Made by a program: the position numbers and the translations under genes. A stretch of 64,000 nucleotides of DNA from Candidatus Latescibacterota bacterium (GTDB taxonomy: Bacteria; Latescibacterota; UBA2968; UBA8231), in assembly GCA_965206595.1 (NCBI GenBank), contig OZ242214.1, positions 5,856,001 through 5,920,000 on the forward strand, read 5' to 3'. Positions 58,876 to 64,000 of this stretch are shown here, one piece after another (the stretch's first letter is position 1; every line of letters begins with the position of its first letter). The notes below the pieces were generated by a model. It did no database searches. It had not been told where the DNA came from and was given only the letters and a program-made list of their open reading frames with translations.

Positions 58876-59397
58876 ATGAAGCAGCTCCGCGGCAAGCCGC
58901 TGCGCGACTTTCTCCGCCGCACCCGCCGCCCCGGCGTCGACCTGGTTTTCCTCCTCCAGGACATCGAGGACCCGGTGAACGTCGGGGCCGCCTTCCGCAT
59001 CGCCGACGCCTGCGGGGTCCCCGAGATGATCCTCACCGGGATCAGCGCCCGGCCGCCGCACCCGCTGATCGCCAAGGTCAGCCGCGGCCGCGACCGCAGG
59101 GTCTCCTGGCGCTACGTCGAAACCGCGGTCGAGGCTATCGCCCCGTACCGCGACGACGGCTGGGACATCTGCGCTCTCGAGATCACCGCCGAATCGGAGC
59201 CCTACTGCGAAACCGGGTACCGCGACCGCGTGCTGCTGGTCGCCGGGCACGAGGACCACGGGGTCACCAACCGCACCTTGTCCGCTTGCGACCGCGCCGT
59301 CTACATCCCGATGTACGGGAAGGGTTCCTCCCTCAACGTCGGCGTTTCCCTGGCGATCGCCGCCTCCCACATCCTGCACTGCGGCGGCCGCCGATGA
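58876..59397 (+). CDS. SpoU/TrmH family RNA methyltransferase
   Basis: DPVNVGAAFR, GHEDHGV, IPMYG..SSLNV. Confidence 0.92.
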   Translation: MKQLRGKPLRDFLRRTRRPGVDLVFLLQDIEDPVNVGAAFRIADACGVPEMILTGISARPPHPLIAKVSRGRDRRVSWRYVETAVEAIAPYRDDGWDICALEITAESEPYCETGYRDRVLLVAGHEDHGVTNRTLSACDRAVYIPMYGKGSSLNVGVSLAIAASHILHCGGRR

Positions 59398-62300
59398 CCG
59401 CGGACGAGGAAGGCCTGGGTCCGCCTAGCCCCGAAACAGCCGCATCGGCGTCCACGGACGGGCTCGAGTTGTTCCACCCGCTCGTGGCGCGCTGGTTCCG
59501 CGAGCGTCTCGGCGCTCCGACCGACGTCCAGCAACAGTCCTGGCCGCGCATCGCCGCGGGCGAGCATCTTCTGATCACGGCGCCGACCGGCAGCGGCAAG
59601 ACGCTGACCGCCTTCCTGTGGGCCCTCGACCGCCTGGTGAGCGGCGAGTGGCAGACCGGGGCAACCCGCGTCCTCTACGTGTCGCCGCTCAAGGCGCTCA
59701 ACAACGATATCCGCCGCAACCTGCTGCGCCCCCTGCGCGAGTTGCGCGAGACCTTCGCCGCGACCGCGGCCCCGTTTCCCGAGATCCAGGTGCAGACCCG
59801 CAGCGGCGACACCCCGCAGTCGGAGCGCCGCGCCATGCTGCGCCGGCCCCCCGAGATCCTGATCACCACCCCGGAGAGCCTCAACCTGCTGCTGAGCTCG
59901 CGGGGCGGGGTCGGCCTGCTCGGCAACGTCGCCACCGTCATTCTCGACGAGGTGCACTCCGTGGTCGGCAACAAGCGGGGGGTGCACGCGATCACCGCGG
60001 TCGAGCGGCTCGTGCCGCTGTGCGGGGAGTTCCAGCGCATCGCCCTGTCGGCGACGGTGAGGCCGCTGCGGACGGTGGCCGGGTTCGTCGGCGGCCTGCG
60101 CGCCGAGGTCGAAGGGGAGGAGGGAGAGCCGCGGTTGCGCCCGCGTCCCGTCGGCATCGTCCAGTCGGCCGACGCCAAGCAGTACGACATCCGCGTCCGC
60201 TTTCCGCGCACCGCCGCGGACGAGCAGGGGGCGGACCCAGAATCGGTCTGGCCGCCGCTGGTAGAGGAGTTCTCCCGCATCATCGCCGGCAACCAGTCGA
60301 CCTTGCTGTTCACCAACAACCGCCGCCTGTGCGAGAAGCTGACCCTGCTCGTCAACGATGGCGGCGAACGTCCCCTCGCGTACGCCCACCACGGCTCCCT
60401 GTCGCGGGAGATCCGCGAAACCGTCGAGCGCAAGCTCAAGGACGGGGAGCTGCGGGCGATCGTCGCCACCGCCTCCCTCGAGCTGGGGATCGACATCGGC
60501 GCCCTCGACGAGGTCGTCCTCGTGCAGTCCCCCCACTCGATCGCCTCCGGGATTCAGCGCATAGGGCGCGCCGGCCACGACGTCGGCGAGGTCAGCCGCG
60601 GCACCCTCTATCCGACCTATTCCTCCGACTTCATTGAGTCGGCGGTGATGGCCGCGGGGGTCCTGAACCAGGATATCGAGGAGGTGCGGCCGGTAGACGC
60701 CCCCCTCGACGTCCTCGCCCAGGTCGTCGTTTCCATGGCCGCTGTCGAGCCCCGGGACCTCGACGAGGTCTACGAGGTGGTGCGCTCCTCGTACCCGTAC
60801 CGCGATCTCGGGCGGCGGCAGTTCGATCTCGTCGTCGACATGCTCGCGGGCCGCTACGCCCACACCCGCATACGAGAGCTGCAGCCGAAGCTCTCCGTCG
60901 ACCGCCTCGACAACACTGCCGCCGCCCGCAGGGGGGCGGTTCATGACCTCTACTTCTCCGGTGGAACCATCCCCGACCGCGGCTATTTCCACCTGCGCGT
61001 CGAGGAGTCCAACGCCCGCATCGGCGAGCTCGACGAGGAGTTCGTGTGGGAGTGCTCGGAGGGGCAGACCTTCACGATGGGTTCGCAGAGCTGGACCATC
61101 CGGCGCATTACCCACAACGACGTGTTGGTGATCCCGTCGTCGCCGAAGGCGGCCGATCTGCCGTTCTGGAAGGCGGACGGGGGCGGCCGCGATTTCCACT
61201 TCTCCGAGCGCATCGGGCAGTTCCTCGAGATCGCCGACTGCTCCCTCGACGACCCGGGCTTCCGGCAGCGGCTGCAGCGCGACCACGCCATGGACGAAAT
61301 CGCGGCGGAGCAGCTGCTCGAGCTGTTGCGGAGGCAGAAGAAGGAGACCGGCTGTTCCCTGCCGCACCGCCGCCACGTCGTCGTCGAGTACGCCGGCGCC
61401 GCGCCCCTCGGCCACGAGGGCAACCAGGTGGTGCTCCACACCTTCTGGGGGGAGCGCGTCAACCGGCCGTTCGCCCTCGCTCTCGACGCCGCCTGGGAGG
61501 AGAGGTTCGGCCAGCGGCTGGAGGTCTACCCGGCCAACGACTGCATCGCCGTGATGCTGCCTAACGAGGTCGAAGCGGAGGAACTGCTCTCCCTGGTGTC
61601 GTCGGCGCGGCTCGACGACCACCTGCGCCGGCGCTTGGAGAGCTCCGGCTACTTCGGGGCGCGCTTCCGGGAGTGCTGCGGCCGTGCCCTGCTTCTCAGC
61701 GGCAAGCGCATGAACCAGCGTTTGCCGCTGTGGCTGACGCGGCTGCGCTCCCAGAAGCTGCTCGACGCGGTGCGGCGCTTCGACGACTTCCCGATCCTGA
61801 TAGAGGCCTGGCGCTCCTGCCTTCAAGACGAGTTCGACATGCCGGCCCTGCACCAGCTTCTCACCGAGTTGGAGTCGGGGGGAATCTCATGGTCCGCGGC
61901 CCACACCGGACAGCCGAGCAGCTTCGCCCGGACCATCTCCTGGCGGCAGGTCGACAACTACATGTACCGGGGGGACGAGCCGGCTGCCACGGAGTCCTCG
62001 CGGCTGCGCGGCGATCTCCTGCGCGAAGTAGTATTCAGCGCCGATCTGCGCCCCGCGGTGTCTCCGGCGGTCGTTCGCAGCTTCGTGGAGAAGCGGCAGC
62101 GCCTTGCTCCCGGGTACGCCCCCCGGAGCGCCCGCGAGCTCGTCGATTGGGTGGTGGATCGCCTGCTGATCCCGATGGCGGAGTGGGAGGAGCTGATCGC
62201 GGCGATCGACCGCCACAGGGGGATCGACCCCGATGCCGGGGAAGCCGCCGCGGACCTGGTCGCCGCCGCGGGGGACCGCCTGGTGCGCCTCGCTGCTGGT

Positions 62301-63971
62301 GGCGCCGTGCTCATCGCCGCTCGCGAGCAGCTGCCCTGGCTCGCCTGGGCCTGGAGCCGGCTGCCCGGAGGCGGCAGCGGCGTCGAGGTGCTCGCCGATG
62401 GCAGTTCCGCTGTCGTTCCGCAGGAAGCCGGCGGTGCCGATGGGGACGGGGACGCCCAAGGGGACGGCGGCCTGACCGGGCTGATCGGGCGCTGGCTTCA
62501 GTTCTACGGCCCCCTCTCTCCACCGGAAATCGAGCGGATGCTCGGCATCGAACCGGCCCTGTTGCGGCAGGCGCTCGACGATCTCGTCGACTCCGAGGCC
62601 GCGGTTCGCGGCTTGCTGGTCGCCGGCGCCGGGACCGAGACCTGGTGCGACGCGGAAAACCTCGAGATTCTGCTGCGCCTGGCGCGCGCCGACGCGGTGC
62701 CGGCGTTCCGGCCGCTGCCGTTTTCGCGGCTGCCGCTGTTTCTCGCCGCCTGGCAGGGGCTGACCGAAGCCGAGGCGGACGTCGAGGCCCTGCCGCGTCG
62801 CCTCGAGCAGCTGCTGTGCTACGAAGCGGCTGCCGCGGCGTGGGAGGGCGAGTTCCTTCCAGCCCGCCTGCCCGGGTACTCGACCTCCTGGATCGACGCC
62901 TGCATGCAGGAGAGCTCCCTGCGCTGGGTCGGCCGCGGCAGCGAGAGGGTCGCCCTCTGTTTCGACGCCGACCTCGATCTGCTCCAGGGCCCGGCCGGCC
63001 CCGGTGAAGGGGAGGAGAGCGCACCGGACGCGGAAGAGGTGGAGGCGGTGGCCGGGCTGTTTCCCGATCCGGCCGGGCGCTACGACTTCGCCACCCTGCA
63101 GCGGCTGACGGGGATCTCCGCGTCCGACCTGGCGGAGCGGCTCTGGTCCGGGGCTTGGGCGGGCCGGGTCACCAACGACAGCTTCAGCGCCCTGCGCAAG
63201 GGGATCGAGACCCGTTTCGAAGTCCCGGAAGTGCGGGCGGCGGGCGGGCGCCGCCCCGGGACCGGAGGGCGCGGCGCCTTTTCCCGCTGGAAGGGGTCGC
63301 TGCCGTTCGCCGGCAACTGGCACCTGCTTCCGGAATTCGAGCCGGCCGCGGACGCCCTGGAGTCCGAGGAGCGCTGCAAGGAGCGCGTGCGCCTGCTGCT
63401 CGACCGCTACGGCCTGTTGTTCCGCGAGCTTCTGCAGCGGGAGTCCGCCCCCTTCCGCTGGTCCGCCCTGTTCCGCTCGCTGCGCCTGATGGAGCTGTCG
63501 GGGGAGATCCTTTCCGGCTGCTTCTTCGAGGGCATCCCCGGTCCGCAGTTCATCTCTCACCGGGCCTTCCGCAGGCTGCAGCGTGACCTTCCGGAGAAGG
63601 AGATCTTCTGGGTCAACGCCACCGATCCGGCCTCCCTCTGCGGCCTGCCGCTGGAGGAGCTGCGCGTTTCCCCCCTCCCGAGGCGGGTCGCCGGCACCCA
63701 CCTTGTCTACCACGGCCCCGACCTCGTCGTCGTCTCGTCACGCCGGGGCCGGGCGCTGACCTTCCGGGTGGATGCGGACAGCCCCGATCTGCCGCGCTAT
63801 TTCGGCTTCATACATCACCTCCTGACGGCTCCGTTCCGTTCCTCGCGCCGCGTGGTGATCGAAACCATCGACGGAAGTCCGGCGTCCCGCAGCCCCTGCC
63901 TCGACGCCCTGCGCACCTGCTTCGAGGTCCTGCCCGACTACAACGAGGTCGTGATCATGGGGGGCAGGTAG
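59394..63971 (+). CDS. lhr: Lhr-like large DEAH-box helicase
   Basis: APTGSGKT, SPLKAL.NDI, TTPESL, DEVH, HHGSLS, SLELGIDIG, QRIGRAGH; long C-terminal wHTH-containing region. Confidence 0.93.
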   Translation: MTADEEGLGPPSPETAASASTDGLELFHPLVARWFRERLGAPTDVQQQSWPRIAAGEHLLITAPTGSGKTLTAFLWALDRLVSGEWQTGATRVLYVSPLKALNNDIRRNLLRPLRELRETFAATAAPFPEIQVQTRSGDTPQSERRAMLRRPPEILITTPESLNLLLSSRGGVGLLGNVATVILDEVHSVVGNKRGVHAITAVERLVPLCGEFQRIALSATVRPLRTVAGFVGGLRAEVEGEEGEPRLRPRPVGIVQSADAKQYDIRVRFPRTAADEQGADPESVWPPLVEEFSRIIAGNQSTLLFTNNRRLCEKLTLLVNDGGERPLAYAHHGSLSREIRETVERKLKDGELRAIVATASLELGIDIGALDEVVLVQSPHSIASGIQRIGRAGHDVGEVSRGTLYPTYSSDFIESAVMAAGVLNQDIEEVRPVDAPLDVLAQVVVSMAAVEPRDLDEVYEVVRSSYPYRDLGRRQFDLVVDMLAGRYAHTRIRELQPKLSVDRLDNTAAARRGAVHDLYFSGGTIPDRGYFHLRVEESNARIGELDEEFVWECSEGQTFTMGSQSWTIRRITHNDVLVIPSSPKAADLPFWKADGGGRDFHFSERIGQFLEIADCSLDDPGFRQRLQRDHAMDEIAAEQLLELLRRQKKETGCSLPHRRHVVVEYAGAAPLGHEGNQVVLHTFWGERVNRPFALALDAAWEERFGQRLEVYPANDCIAVMLPNEVEAEELLSLVSSARLDDHLRRRLESSGYFGARFRECCGRALLLSGKRMNQRLPLWLTRLRSQKLLDAVRRFDDFPILIEAWRSCLQDEFDMPALHQLLTELESGGISWSAAHTGQPSSFARTISWRQVDNYMYRGDEPAATESSRLRGDLLREVVFSADLRPAVSPAVVRSFVEKRQRLAPGYAPRSARELVDWVVDRLLIPMAEWEELIAAIDRHRGIDPDAGEAAADLVAAAGDRLVRLAAGGAVLIAAREQLPWLAWAWSRLPGGGSGVEVLADGSSAVVPQEAGGADGDGDAQGDGGLTGLIGRWLQFYGPLSPPEIERMLGIEPALLRQALDDLVDSEAAVRGLLVAGAGTETWCDAENLEILLRLARADAVPAFRPLPFSRLPLFLAAWQGLTEAEADVEALPRRLEQLLCYEAAAAAWEGEFLPARLPGYSTSWIDACMQESSLRWVGRGSERVALCFDADLDLLQGPAGPGEGEESAPDAEEVEAVAGLFPDPAGRYDFATLQRLTGISASDLAERLWSGAWAGRVTNDSFSALRKGIETRFEVPEVRAAGGRRPGTGGRGAFSRWKGSLPFAGNWHLLPEFEPAADALESEERCKERVRLLLDRYGLLFRELLQRESAPFRWSALFRSLRLMELSGEILSGCFFEGIPGPQFISHRAFRRLQRDLPEKEIFWVNATDPASLCGLPLEELRVSPLPRRVAGTHLVYHGPDLVVVSSRRGRALTFRVDADSPDLPRYFGFIHHLLTAPFRSSRRVVIETIDGSPASRSPCLDALRTCFEVLPDYNEVVIMGGR

Positions 63972-64000
63972 CGGAACAGGCAGCCCCCCGGGCGCTGTTC

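Overview
GC-rich bacterial chromosome segment with no rRNA, tRNA, CRISPR, transposase or integrase recognised. It has two Type I restriction-modification (RM) loci (1-11265 and about 33050-48527), each packed with defence- or toxin-like cargo. They are separated and followed by catabolic and housekeeping genes: sialidase-like protein, three enolase-superfamily enzymes, aldo/keto reductases, PhyH dioxygenases, SDRs, a sulfatase, msrA, hemL, an RhlE-like helicase and Lhr. That metabolic mix resembles host-associated lineages such as Latescibacterota or Poribacteria, but this is inference only. Locus 2 carries an intact low-GC Lamassu/ABC-three-component system between hsdS and hsdR. The most unusual signal is three orphan, diverged copies of the 3' end of hsdM (3974-4024, 33050-33076, 35127-35175). 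These copies punctuate the cargo blocks. In locus 2 they define a repeated [hsdM tail]-zeta-like ATPase-Fic-AlbA/HATPase unit whose copies have decayed in complementary ways. Both hsdM genes carry +1 frameshifts, which could be real or assembly error. All family assignments come from motif recognition by eye, not from database searches.
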